Of a DNA stretch of 64,000 nucleotides, positions 1 to 10,155 are shown piece after piece. The notes under the pieces were generated by a model. The model had not been told where the DNA came from. It worked only from the letters and a program-made list of their open reading frames with translations, and ran no database searches. Where the stretch lies: assembly GCA_965226055.1 (NCBI GenBank), contig CBDDCA010000006.1:608001-672000 (forward strand), in the 5' to 3' direction. The position numbers and the translations under genes are program-made. Within the stretch, counting starts at the first letter, position 1. Each line of letters begins with the position of its first letter. Source of the DNA: Spirochaetia bacterium (lineage in GTDB: Bacteria > Spirochaetota > Spirochaetia > WTKD01 > G963693115).

Positions 1-1
1 T

Positions 2-619
2 CACCATACAAACATACAGCTAAAAAAACAGCTTAACATACCTAGCAATACAGATGAAGTAATGCTTGGTTGTATCGCCAGAGTGACTCCCACAAAAAAA
101 CAAGAGACTCTTATTCGTCTTTTTCCACATATATTAAAAGAACATCCTAACACATATTTACTATTTTTTGGAGCAATAGATACACATTATCATGAAACAT
201 TAATATCTCTTTGTACTTCTCTCTCTGTTCATCATAGAGTACATTTTTTAGGATTTCAGCCCGAACTATGGAAATACATATCAATAATTGATGTTCACTG
301 TTTTTCATCAATACACGAAGGGCTACCGCTCGTATTAGTACAAAGCTCAGCTGCAGGAATTCCTTCAGTATGTTTTCGTTGTTCAGGAGTAGAAGAAATT
401 ATACAACATGGCAAAAGCGGTTTCATATTTGAACACGGGCAAACGACACAGTTTGTACAAGCACTGCTCTCTCTTATAAAAGACAGAAAAAAAAGACAGG
501 CTTTTAGTAAACAAGCACAAATTTGTTCACAAGGTAATGAGTTTTCTAGCTGGAACATGCAACAGTATGCACAGTCAACATATACGCTCTATACTCAACT
601 TATACAACAATCTTTATAA
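2..619 (+). CDS. Glycosyltransferase family 4, 5'-partial (frame is open to the window edge)
   Basis: GT-B C-terminal motif SSIHEGLPLVLVQSSAAGIP; the frame has no stop back to base 2. Confidence 0.85.
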   Translation, partial: HHTNIQLKKQLNIPSNTDEVMLGCIARVTPTKKQETLIRLFPHILKEHPNTYLLFFGAIDTHYHETLISLCTSLSVHHRVHFLGFQPELWKYISIIDVHCFSSIHEGLPLVLVQSSAAGIPSVCFRCSGVEEIIQHGKSGFIFEHGQTTQFVQALLSLIKDRKKRQAFSKQAQICSQGNEFSSWNMQQYAQSTYTLYTQLIQQSL

Positions 620-1710
620 AAAGAAATATATTGATCAAATATATTTCTGGAAACAAACAGTTTTTTATATTGTTCTCCTTCCTTTCTCGCTTGCTCTTGA
701 ATATCAGTATAATGCTGTGCAAAGTAGTATATTTTCTCTTGTACCTCAGCTGCATTAGAAAAATTAACAAACCATATGGAATGTTCCCCTACTATCTCCT
801 TAAATACAGCAAGTGGATTCACCAGTACAGGAACCCCTGCAATCAATGCTTCATATAACACTAAGCCAAACCCTTCGTTAATAGTAGGATACACAATAAG
901 CTGTGATTGCCGTATAAGAGCACTAATATCTCTCCGATACCCCAAAAAAGCAACATGAGATATGTTGTTTTGTGCCACTTTTTCCTTAAACTCCTGTTCT
1001 AAAACACCAGTCCCTGCAGTCCAAAAAGCAGGAGAAACTACTGTTTTTTGAAAAAACATAGTCCCTTGCAAAGACATCTTTTTTACCAACTCAAACCACA
1101 GATCATATCCCTTGCCTTTCACAAATCGATTTATAGTACCAATAGTAAAAACATGATGCTGAAACAGATGTTGTGATGAAGCATATTCATTATTACCTGT
1201 TTTATGAGTAGTAAACACAGGATTATATATTGTACGAACAGGACGAGTACGATACATTGACTGATTAAAACGATAACTTGCTAAAGCAGTACTTGAGACG
1301 GCAGTAATTCCATCAAATTTTTTATGAAATAGCCCAATAAATAATCGTGTTACAAAATTCAAATAATTTTTTAGATTATGAAATGTAGCAAGTAACTTCA
1401 TACGCTTGTGTTTACTGAGAATACCAATAATATATGCTCTTCCTAAGTGACAATGTACAATATCTGCTTTACACTGTTTCTGAAGGGTTCGAAATGCAGA
1501 CACTCCTTTACATATCTGCCAACGATGACACAATAAGCTTGTTATCATAAAAGGAAATTTTTGATATTCACGTTGTGCCTCTTCTGATATATATTCATGA
1601 CAGACTACTGCAACAGAGTGATTTTTTTGATACAAATACTCTGCAAACTTTAATAACTGCGTTGTTACCGCACTGTCCTCTAAAGAAGTAGTAAAGAGTA
1701 TAACATTCAT
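595..1710 (-). CDS. Glycosyltransferase family 4
   Basis: DIVHCH, KGKG and NEGFGLVLYEALIAGVP motifs. Confidence 0.9.
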   Translation of the reverse strand: MNVILFTTSLEDSAVTTQLLKFAEYLYQKNHSVAVVCHEYISEEAQREYQKFPFMITSLLCHRWQICKGVSAFRTLQKQCKADIVHCHLGRAYIIGILSKHKRMKLLATFHNLKNYLNFVTRLFIGLFHKKFDGITAVSSTALASYRFNQSMYRTRPVRTIYNPVFTTHKTGNNEYASSQHLFQHHVFTIGTINRFVKGKGYDLWFELVKKMSLQGTMFFQKTVVSPAFWTAGTGVLEQEFKEKVAQNNISHVAFLGYRRDISALIRQSQLIVYPTINEGFGLVLYEALIAGVPVLVNPLAVFKEIVGEHSIWFVNFSNAAEVQEKIYYFAQHYTDIQEQARKEGEQYKKLFVSRNIFDQYISFYKDCCIS

Positions 1711-2552
1711 ACTGATTTTTTTTTGTTTCGGAACATATTATTACGAAAATACATATACATTTTTTCGGGCATGAACGAGCGCAGTATCTTTCTGCTATAT
1801 ACCTGAACAATATACCACATCATTTTTACAGTATACAAGGATGATGTATAATATGTTTGTTGAATTCTGTGCCGTTCTCTTAACGCCTGTTTCCATTGCA
1901 TATTTGATACTCCAACACCATCTATAATAGCCACCAATGTATCAAAAAAACAAACAGTATGTCCATCATGCAATAGCCGTGCAAACAAATCAGTGTCTCC
2001 ACAAATTTTGTAACTGGTATCAAACATATATCTTTTTATCACCTCTCGTTTCATAAAAATACCCTGATGGCCTGCAGGCATAGCAAAAGGCATCTTTTTC
2101 TCACTTACTGTGTTTCTTACTATAGTACTTCCTTTATAAGACTCAATAATAGGAGCACAAATAATAGAGTGATGCATATTTTTTTGATGACACGCATTAC
2201 AGGAGACAAAGGCACTCAGTATGGTAGTATTGAAAAATATATCTCCTCCATTCAGAAAATATATCCATTTGCCTTTACTATAAAGAATTCCCTTATTCAT
2301 AGCATCATATATTCCCGTATCTTGTTCAGAAACATACACATCTGGCGTATACTGTACTATAACATCTTCAGTAGAGTCAGTGGAGGCTGCATCAACTACT
2401 ACTACTTCAAATATCTCTTTTTCACAATTTTGTGCATAGATAGAGTGCAATGTTTTCTCTAACCCTACTGCATTATTTTTTACCACACAGACTATGCTAA
2501 TCAATGGTGTAGTATCTTTTATTACACCATTGCTTTTTCTCTCATCATTCAT
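1707..2552 (-). CDS. Glycosyltransferase family 2 (WcaE/PGL-like)
   Basis: VVVDAASTDST, DTGIYDAMNKG, FLNGGD and YKICGD motifs. Confidence 0.9.
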   Translation of the reverse strand: MNDERKSNGVIKDTTPLISIVCVVKNNAVGLEKTLHSIYAQNCEKEIFEVVVVDAASTDSTEDVIVQYTPDVYVSEQDTGIYDAMNKGILYSKGKWIYFLNGGDIFFNTTILSAFVSCNACHQKNMHHSIICAPIIESYKGSTIVRNTVSEKKMPFAMPAGHQGIFMKREVIKRYMFDTSYKICGDTDLFARLLHDGHTVCFFDTLVAIIDGVGVSNMQWKQALRERHRIQQTYYTSSLYTVKMMWYIVQVYSRKILRSFMPEKMYMYFRNNMFRNKKKSV

Positions 2553-3640
2553 ATAACTTCTTTTAAGACAGCCTCAAGTGTATCTACATCAACATAAAAA
2601 TTACTTTTATGCGTATCGGCTCTGTCCCCTTTCGCAAATAAGTAATAATAATCAAGAGACATTGCACTAGCAAGAGAAAAATAACAGTTATTACGCGAAT
2701 CATTTTCTTTTCGAATTTCAATTACCTTACTTCCCTCATTCATCCATATCATATTGGTAAGCGCTGCTCCATGTAATCCAACTATAACATTCGCTTTGTT
2801 ACATAATAACGCTTGTTCCCATACACTATATTTTCCTGCTTCCACATATAAAAACCCATATTTCTTAAGCAAAGGAAGCACTTCTTTTTCATTTTTAAGA
2901 TACCGATATTTAGCGTCCTTTCGAGAAAAATAAATACGTAAGGGACTATCTCCTTGAATAGCACTCCCTACCTTATTTTGTAACTGTCGAATATATGTGC
3001 CATTTTCAGCAAGATGCTGTAACATTTTTTCACGAATTGCATACATAACAGCAGGTCGATAATTTCCCGAACCAGAAGGCTGTGCAACACTCGGTATAGA
3101 ATAGAGTGTTTTAACCCTTACTTTACGCCAATAAGGAACAATAATCATCTCATTATCCTTAAGAAATAACCCTAATGTCTCAAATGCATATGATTTCAGA
3201 GCTTTTTCAGGAAAAATAATAGGCAATTTCTTAAAAGCAGTGTCAGAAGAATCAAAAAGAACAATAATTTTAGGTAACACATCTGCAATCCAATGAAAAT
3301 ATGCATGAGAATCTAAATCAGTCAAAAGTATTGCTGCTTTATACACTTTATTGGTAGAAAACAAAGAATGAAGAAATGATCGTATTTTCCAATACATCTT
3401 TGATATACCAAACTGTGATCTATTATTAAACAGTAATCGCTTTCTTTTTTTTGAATCTCTATAAAACGCTAGGCCATGCCCATCAACACTTACATTCTGG
3501 TACTGTAATACAAATACTTCATCAATACCACATTCCCATACATTATTATTTGTAAAAATAGCACTATCAGAATCTTTCAAATTCTTTGGTTTTGATAGAG
3601 GAACATGTACTTTCTGTAATAATAATTGAATTTTTTTCAT
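2549..3640 (-). CDS. Glycosyltransferase family 61 (DUF563)
   Basis: YFHWIAD, IYFSRKDA..R.LKNE and VGLHGAALTNMIWM motifs. Confidence 0.85.
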   Translation of the reverse strand: MKKIQLLLQKVHVPLSKPKNLKDSDSAIFTNNNVWECGIDEVFVLQYQNVSVDGHGLAFYRDSKKRKRLLFNNRSQFGISKMYWKIRSFLHSLFSTNKVYKAAILLTDLDSHAYFHWIADVLPKIIVLFDSSDTAFKKLPIIFPEKALKSYAFETLGLFLKDNEMIIVPYWRKVRVKTLYSIPSVAQPSGSGNYRPAVMYAIREKMLQHLAENGTYIRQLQNKVGSAIQGDSPLRIYFSRKDAKYRYLKNEKEVLPLLKKYGFLYVEAGKYSVWEQALLCNKANVIVGLHGAALTNMIWMNEGSKVIEIRKENDSRNNCYFSLASAMSLDYYYLFAKGDRADTHKSNFYVDVDTLEAVLKEVI

Positions 3641-3651
3641 ACTATTATCCG

Positions 3652-5538
3652 TTATTTCTGAAAAGACAAGAGCTGCGTATAGTTTCCTTCAAAATCTACA
3701 TTTCCTTTCGAAAGAGAATATATACGATCACATTTTGATAGGGTATTAACACGATGAGCAATAATAATAATAGTTTTATCCCGTCCTATTCTATCAATAG
3801 CAGACTGCACTTCTTCCTCAGTCTTTGTATCCAAATTAGAAGTAGCCTCATCAAATACAAGAACACTGGGATCCCTATACAAAGCTCTTGCTATACTCAT
3901 CCTTTGTTTCTGTCCACCACTAAGATTTTTACCAAAATCACCTATGGGAGTATCCATCCCTTGAGGAAGATCTTGCACTGTTCCCCATAACAACAGCTTT
4001 TTCAAAATCATCTCTACTTTTTTTCTATCAATAGTATCTGGCTCTTCACCATATGCAATATTATTCACAATGGAATCATCAGATAATAATGCTTCTTGTG
4101 GCACATATCCAATATGTTTCTGCCATCCTCTTTTATTATCAAATATATTTTTTCCATCCACAAAAATATTTCCTTTTTGCGGACATAAAAAACCCATAAT
4201 AATATTACACAATGTAGTTTTTCCTCCCCCAGATTCTCCTACAAACCCTATTCTTTCCCCTTTATGTATTGTAAGACATATTCCCCGTAATACTTTACTT
4301 TGCTTTATAGTATGTTCGCTTTTATCTTTCTGCTCTTGAACATTCTGAGATTGCACAGGATAACTATAATGCACTTTATGTACTTTTATTGATTCATTAA
4401 AAGAAAATGGCTCATATGTACCTGCATGTACCTCCTCCTTTTCCTCATGCTCCATTATATGGACATACTCATTATATATCACAGTAAAATTTACTTCCTG
4501 AGCACGTACAGAGGCAAGATATCCTAGTATACGTATCCATGCAGGAACAATCCGTACAAGTGCAGCAGCAAGCAAAATAAATGTAGTTATTGCTTCTTTC
4601 ACTAAAGCAGAATCACTTGCAATATAGCTTAAGTACACCACAACAACGACCACTGTTACAAACTCTATGATAACTTTATACAGAGCTTTGTATACTTCCA
4701 ACATTGAAGTTGATTTCATTATGTCATTCTGTATACTATCAATATTACGAATAAGATGTTTCTCTAAATGATACAATTTGTTAAACATAAATTGAAAAAA
4801 ACCTCTAAACACCACCCTATTTTTAGCAAGCAACGATTTTTCAAGTACCCTCGAAGCATGTGTAATATATTTTTTAATAAAGACATTGACTACCATTCCA
4901 AGAACAATAACCCCTAAAATACCTCCCATAAGCACAGGCGACCATATAAATAAACTTACTCCTATAAAACATAAGAAAATTACATCATTACAAATAAGAA
5001 GCACTGCCCTTAAAGTACTTGAGATCTCATGTGTAAGCCCAAGCACATGAGTATAGAGCGAAACATTTTTTCCTAAAAATTGCGCATACGGCATAGTCAA
5101 GTATGAGAGAAAAAATTTTTTATACACATAATTCTGTGCACTGTAAGCAAAGATATTTATTCTATATTCTAAAAAGAGGCCAAGTAATAACCGTAAAAAA
5201 TAAAAACAAACAAACACAGCTCCCAATAATATAACCAGCTGAATAGGGGAACTTAAATGTAAGTATGCATATACCTCCCGAGAAGTAGTAATAATAAATT
5301 GCTGTAATACACTAAAAGAAGATATATCTTGAGATACATCAAAATACGAAATATTGAGTACCAACGAACCAAGAGGAACAATTAAACCAAGCCCTATCAG
5401 AGAAATAAGAGATTGAATAAACATAAACAAAAACATCCATAGAATATTTTTTTTATAATCTCCAATCAAAAATAATAAAACCTGTATTACATAAAAACGC
5501 TTAGGGATACTGTTCTTCTTGTTTTCTTGAAATTCCAT
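3652..5538 (-). CDS. ABC exporter with fused TMD-NBD, PglK/HetA-like glycan flippase
   Basis: N-terminal TM helices; Walker A GESGGGKTT, LSGGQKQR, DEATSNLD; lies in a glycosyltransferase operon. Confidence 0.85.
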   Translation of the reverse strand: MEFQENKKNSIPKRFYVIQVLLFLIGDYKKNILWMFLFMFIQSLISLIGLGLIVPLGSLVLNISYFDVSQDISSFSVLQQFIITTSREVYAYLHLSSPIQLVILLGAVFVCFYFLRLLLGLFLEYRINIFAYSAQNYVYKKFFLSYLTMPYAQFLGKNVSLYTHVLGLTHEISSTLRAVLLICNDVIFLCFIGVSLFIWSPVLMGGILGVIVLGMVVNVFIKKYITHASRVLEKSLLAKNRVVFRGFFQFMFNKLYHLEKHLIRNIDSIQNDIMKSTSMLEVYKALYKVIIEFVTVVVVVVYLSYIASDSALVKEAITTFILLAAALVRIVPAWIRILGYLASVRAQEVNFTVIYNEYVHIMEHEEKEEVHAGTYEPFSFNESIKVHKVHYSYPVQSQNVQEQKDKSEHTIKQSKVLRGICLTIHKGERIGFVGESGGGKTTLCNIIMGFLCPQKGNIFVDGKNIFDNKRGWQKHIGYVPQEALLSDDSIVNNIAYGEEPDTIDRKKVEMILKKLLLWGTVQDLPQGMDTPIGDFGKNLSGGQKQRMSIARALYRDPSVLVFDEATSNLDTKTEEEVQSAIDRIGRDKTIIIIAHRVNTLSKCDRIYSLSKGNVDFEGNYTQLLSFQK

Positions 5539-5560
5539 ATTTACTAAATGTAACTGTACC

Positions 5561-6511
5561 TCATGTATAAAATTTTGAAAACCATTCTATAGTCCTATCC
5601 AGCCCTTCTTGTAAAGAAATCTTTGGCGACCAATCTAGTATTGATCGAGCAACACTAATATCTGGCTTTCTCACTTTAGGATCATTTTCCATAATTTTTT
5701 TATATACACTCTCTAGTGTCGGATACCGTTTTTGCATAATACTTGCTAGTTCTTTAATACATATTTCTTCTGTATTTCCTAAATTTATAGGACCAGTTAT
5801 CTGTGTATCTTTTAAAAATAAAAATTTCACGATACCGTCCACAAGATCATCAATAAAGCAAAAACTACGGGTTTGAGAACCATCTCCATAAATAGTAAGA
5901 GGTTTTTTTTGTATAGCAGCATCAATAAAATTACTTATTACTCTCCCATCATCTCTTTCCATAAAAGGGCCATAAGTATTAAAGATTCTAATTATTTTTA
6001 TGGGTGTATTATATGTACGCCTAAAATCAAAACAAAGACTCTCAGCTACTCTTTTTCCTTCATCGTAGCAAGAACGTATTCCAATAGAATTTACATTTCC
6101 ATAGTAGGTTTCTTTCTGAGGATGTTCAAGAGGATCTCCGTACACTTCACTTGTAGAGGCATGTAACAAAGGAATGGTATGCTCTGTAGCATACTCAAGG
6201 GCATGGAGCGTTCCCAAAACACTCACTTTTGTAGTATATACAGGATCTCTCAGATACACAGGAGGGCTTGCAGGACATGCAAAATTACACACTGCATCGC
6301 AGTTTCCTATGTCAGAAACAAACGTATCCCATGATTCAATGATATCTTTTTTGATAAAAGAAAATTGTTTATATTGTAACAAATGCTCTATTTTTTTATT
6401 ATCACTAGAATAAAAATTATCTATACCAACAACAAAGTGGCCTTCATCTAATAAACGCTTGCACAGATTTACTCCAATAAAACCTGCAGCACCAGTAACG
6501 AGAACACGCAT
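5561..6511 (-). CDS. uxs: UDP-glucuronate decarboxylase (UDP-xylose synthase)
   Basis: GAAGFIG, ACPASP, STSEVYGDP, RSCYDEGKR and DDGRVISNF motifs. Confidence 0.9.
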   Translation of the reverse strand: MRVLVTGAAGFIGVNLCKRLLDEGHFVVGIDNFYSSDNKKIEHLLQYKQFSFIKKDIIESWDTFVSDIGNCDAVCNFACPASPPVYLRDPVYTTKVSVLGTLHALEYATEHTIPLLHASTSEVYGDPLEHPQKETYYGNVNSIGIRSCYDEGKRVAESLCFDFRRTYNTPIKIIRIFNTYGPFMERDDGRVISNFIDAAIQKKPLTIYGDGSQTRSFCFIDDLVDGIVKFLFLKDTQITGPINLGNTEEICIKELASIMQKRYPTLESVYKKIMENDPKVRKPDISVARSILDWSPKISLQEGLDRTIEWFSKFYT

Positions 6512-6574
6512 TTCTTTATTTTACTATAATTAGTAAGAATTTTGAATATGGTATAATCAAAATAACTACCTTTT

Positions 6575-8083
6575 ATGAATTTGACAGCAAAATACCGCAT
6601 TATATTTCTACTAATAAGCATATGTGTTACTTCTAATGTTCTTGCACAACAAAATCTTGATCAAGAATACACACATACATACTATATTAAAGATATTACC
6701 TATGTCATTACAGGATCAGTGACAGAAGCAGCACTTACATTAAAGCTATCTTTGAAAAAAGATATAGCATTTGATTCTCAAAAAATGTTATTAGACTATA
6801 TCTACGATAAACGATCGCGATTAAAAAATTTAAGACAGCTAACATCTTCCTCTACTATGGTATTTAATTCTCTTTGGAATGAACAAGAAAATCGCTTTGA
6901 TGTAGTACTCACCATTCATGCTATTGCAGACTGGACTATATTTGCACTCCCTTATTTTAAGTACTCAGATAACTCTGGACTACTGTTGAGTGGACGAGGA
7001 AGAGATTATAATTTTTTAGGATCACTTGAAACATTACGTATAGACTTAAACTACACTCTTAATGATACCCTTGCTGAATACGAATTATCTACCAGTTTTA
7101 AGTACCCCATAAAAATAAATGAACATATCATTACTCCTGGAATAGAAGAAACTCTTTCATGGCAAAATGATGATTTATTTGAAAACAAAACAAAATTTAT
7201 CTTAGATTATTCATACCCCATAACAAGCTACCTCACTTTCCTTTCTGGAGCATCACAAAGATTTATTTCAAGAGGAGGAAACACAGAGCAACCAGAGATT
7301 TACTCGTATGCTAATAGTGTCTTCTATTTTGGATCAAGCATCTCCCTTAATAAATCAATACTTCCTATAGTAAATATATTTGTGTACTCTCCTAAAATAA
7401 CAGCAGAACTTCGTTACCCATTGAACGATCTTACTCCTATAGAAAATAATACTTATAGCGATCTACTGTCTACATTTTCACATGATATATCGTTTGGAAG
7501 AATAGACTGGATACAGAATTTACGACAAGGTATTTCTGTTTCTCTTGGAAACGAAATTCAGTATCAAAAAAGTTATACAGGATTTAACATTGATATAGAT
7601 CTTGAATCACAAGGGCATCTTGCTATAAATGATAGCATCGGTTTGAGTACTCGTGCATATTTTGTACAAAATTTTTATCATAGACCACACCACGAAGACA
7701 GCCTCTTTAGTACAGGCACTAACTTAGCTACCCGAGTACGGGGAGTGCTTGATGATAAATTTGGAGATGCAATAAGTGGTATGGCATTTAATATGGACAT
7801 ACTATTTAATCTATTTTCTTTACGTCCTTTATTAGTTGACGAGGTACAGCTAGGGATATTTTCTGATGTTGCATTACGAAAACAATATGAAACAGAATTT
7901 AACGCAGACAAAGACATAAAAGTTACTGCAGGAATCACAGTAATCATATTTTCAATCTATCGCAGTTTACATTTACGTGCATCCTTAGGATCCGATATAC
8001 TGCAAGCAAAAGAAGAACAACTTTCACTCTCATCTTTATTAAGAAACAGAGAGTTGTTTATCGGTCTTAATCTATTTTATTAA
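6575..8083 (+). CDS. Outer-membrane beta-barrel protein, possibly Omp85/POTRA-like
   Basis: Cleavable signal peptide (VLA/QQ), alternating amphipathic strands, C-terminal beta-signal LFIGLNLFY. Confidence 0.6.
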   Translation: MNLTAKYRIIFLLISICVTSNVLAQQNLDQEYTHTYYIKDITYVITGSVTEAALTLKLSLKKDIAFDSQKMLLDYIYDKRSRLKNLRQLTSSSTMVFNSLWNEQENRFDVVLTIHAIADWTIFALPYFKYSDNSGLLLSGRGRDYNFLGSLETLRIDLNYTLNDTLAEYELSTSFKYPIKINEHIITPGIEETLSWQNDDLFENKTKFILDYSYPITSYLTFLSGASQRFISRGGNTEQPEIYSYANSVFYFGSSISLNKSILPIVNIFVYSPKITAELRYPLNDLTPIENNTYSDLLSTFSHDISFGRIDWIQNLRQGISVSLGNEIQYQKSYTGFNIDIDLESQGHLAINDSIGLSTRAYFVQNFYHRPHHEDSLFSTGTNLATRVRGVLDDKFGDAISGMAFNMDILFNLFSLRPLLVDEVQLGIFSDVALRKQYETEFNADKDIKVTAGITVIIFSIYRSLHLRASLGSDILQAKEEQLSLSSLLRNRELFIGLNLFY

Positions 8084-8084
8084 A

Positions 8085-8972
8085 TTATACTACTGTTTCA
8101 TTTCTTTGAGCAGAATGAATAATAGAATCAAACGGAGATAGCTCATTAAAAATATAAAAATGTAATTGTGGTGTATACTTTTTTTGCAACAACTCTTTAC
8201 TTTGTTGTTTACACCAATCTTTTCCTAAGATCAGAGCTTCATGTTCATTATTGTGATATACATCACGCATAAGCTGGTAAGGAATAGTAGTACCTAATGA
8301 TAATGAGCTCATTTTTTCTATATGCTGCTTATTTTTAAGATAGGTAATGCCTGGAATAATAGGAATATCTATACCAAACAGAGAACAACACTGAACAAAA
8401 TTATCGTAGTGTCTATTATCAAAAAATAATTGTGTAATAATATAATCTGCTCCTGCATCCACTTTTTGCTTTAAGTGTTGCATAGCTACAATAAAGTTAG
8501 GCTCTTCATGATGCTGCTCAGGATATGCAGCTACCCCAACACTGAGATCCTTACAATACTCTTTTACATATGCTACCAACACATGAGCATGTGTTGCTTG
8601 CACTTCATGTTTATATTCGGAGTCAGGGAGATCTCCACGTATAAGAAATACATTACGAATGCCTAATGATATATACTCCTTAAGGAGCGTATCTAAACTT
8701 CCATCAATAAGAGAAAATACTGCAATATGAGGAATAAGCACAACTGAAGGAATTTCCCTACGCATTCTATGAACTAACTCTAAAGTAGGAGCACTATCGC
8801 CTGGCTTGCATGTAACATTAACGGTATGTATTCCCAACGTAACAAATGTATTGACTATATTCAATAATTGTTTTGTTTTCTCTTCAGTTTTTGGAGGAAA
8901 CACTTCAATAGAGAAACGATGCTGCAGTGAACTAATATATTCTAACGCTGATGTATCAATAGTATATTGCAA
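8085..8972 (-). CDS. metF: 5,10-methylenetetrahydrofolate reductase
   Basis: FSIEVFPPKT, IRGD, AAYPEQH and KVDAGADYIITQLFFD motifs. Confidence 0.92.
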   Translation of the reverse strand: MQYTIDTSALEYISSLQHRFSIEVFPPKTEEKTKQLLNIVNTFVTLGIHTVNVTCKPGDSAPTLELVHRMRREIPSVVLIPHIAVFSLIDGSLDTLLKEYISLGIRNVFLIRGDLPDSEYKHEVQATHAHVLVAYVKEYCKDLSVGVAAYPEQHHEEPNFIVAMQHLKQKVDAGADYIITQLFFDNRHYDNFVQCCSLFGIDIPIIPGITYLKNKQHIEKMSSLSLGTTIPYQLMRDVYHNNEHEALILGKDWCKQQSKELLQKKYTPQLHFYIFNELSPFDSIIHSAQRNETVV

Positions 8973-8975
8973 AAC

Positions 8976-10151
8976 TTATACCTGTGAGAGTAATTTTTCT
9001 ACTAAATCTATTTTTTCCCATAAAAAATCCTTCTCATTTCTCCCAAAATGACCAAATACTGCCGTCTTTCTGTAAATAGGACGCAATAAATCCAATGTTT
9101 CAATAATACCTGCTGGAGTTGTATCGACTATCTTAGTGATAATACGTGATAATGTACTGTCAGGCAACTTACCAGTACCATAGGTATCAATGTATACACT
9201 AACAGGAGTATCAACTCCTATTGCATAGGCAAACTGAATAACACATTTATCAGCAAGTTTTGCAGCAACAATATTTTTTGCTAAATAACGTGCCATATAC
9301 GAAGCACTTCTGTCAACTTTTGAGGGATCTTTTCCACTAAATGCACCTCCTCCATGCCCACACATCCCCCCATAACTATCAACTGCAGTTTTTCGTCCCG
9401 TAAGACCAGTATCAGCATATGGCCCTCCCAGAACAAACCTCCCAGTAGGGTTTATATGAAACTTTGTCTTTTTATCTAAATATCCTGTAGGAGCAAGCAC
9501 TGGCTTAATGATTCTCTCAATCAAAATATTCTTTATATAAGAATAGAGTAACTTTTTCCCATCTTTCTCATCATCATGCTGATGACTGAGCACTACTGTT
9601 TCTACACGTTTAGGAACATTATTCTCATAACGCATGGTAACTTGACATTTTGCATCTGGACGTAACCAGTACAATTCTGTATCTCTTTGTGCCAATGTAT
9701 TTGCATACCGCAATATATTGTGACTTAACATGATTGGTGCAGGCATTAACTCTTTTGTTTCATTACATGCATACCCAAACATAGTGCCTTGATCACCAGC
9801 ACCGAGCTTAACATTGCCATGCGCATTTACTCCCTTTGCTATATCTTTACTTTGTTGCCCAATACTCACAAGCACCGCCATACTTTTCGCATCAATACCG
9901 TATTGAGAAGAAGTATATCCAATATCATATACTACTTTTCTTGCTACCTCTTCAAAATTAACCCATGCATCTGTGGATATTTCTCCTCCAATCACAAGGT
10001 ATCCACGCGATATAAACACTTCACAGGCTACTCTACTATATTTATCTTTTGCTAAACACGCATCAAGTATAGTATCCGATATTTGATCTGCTATTTTATC
10101 AGGGTGACCAGCACTTACTGATTCTGATGTAAATAAATGTTGCATACTCAC
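8976..10151 (-). CDS. metK: S-adenosylmethionine synthetase
   Basis: FTSESVSAGHPDK, GAGDQG and GGGAFSGKDPSKVDRS motifs. Confidence 0.98.
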   Translation of the reverse strand: MSMQHLFTSESVSAGHPDKIADQISDTILDACLAKDKYSRVACEVFISRGYLVIGGEISTDAWVNFEEVARKVVYDIGYTSSQYGIDAKSMAVLVSIGQQSKDIAKGVNAHGNVKLGAGDQGTMFGYACNETKELMPAPIMLSHNILRYANTLAQRDTELYWLRPDAKCQVTMRYENNVPKRVETVVLSHQHDDEKDGKKLLYSYIKNILIERIIKPVLAPTGYLDKKTKFHINPTGRFVLGGPYADTGLTGRKTAVDSYGGMCGHGGGAFSGKDPSKVDRSASYMARYLAKNIVAAKLADKCVIQFAYAIGVDTPVSVYIDTYGTGKLPDSTLSRIITKIVDTTPAGIIETLDLLRPIYRKTAVFGHFGRNEKDFLWEKIDLVEKLLSQV

Positions 10152-10155
10152 TTTC

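Noticed and set aside
1716-1724. T9 run at the end of the GT2 gene, and other A/T runs, as phase-variation tracts
   Set aside because: A/T runs of 7-9 are common in this AT-rich sequence and the ORFs are intact
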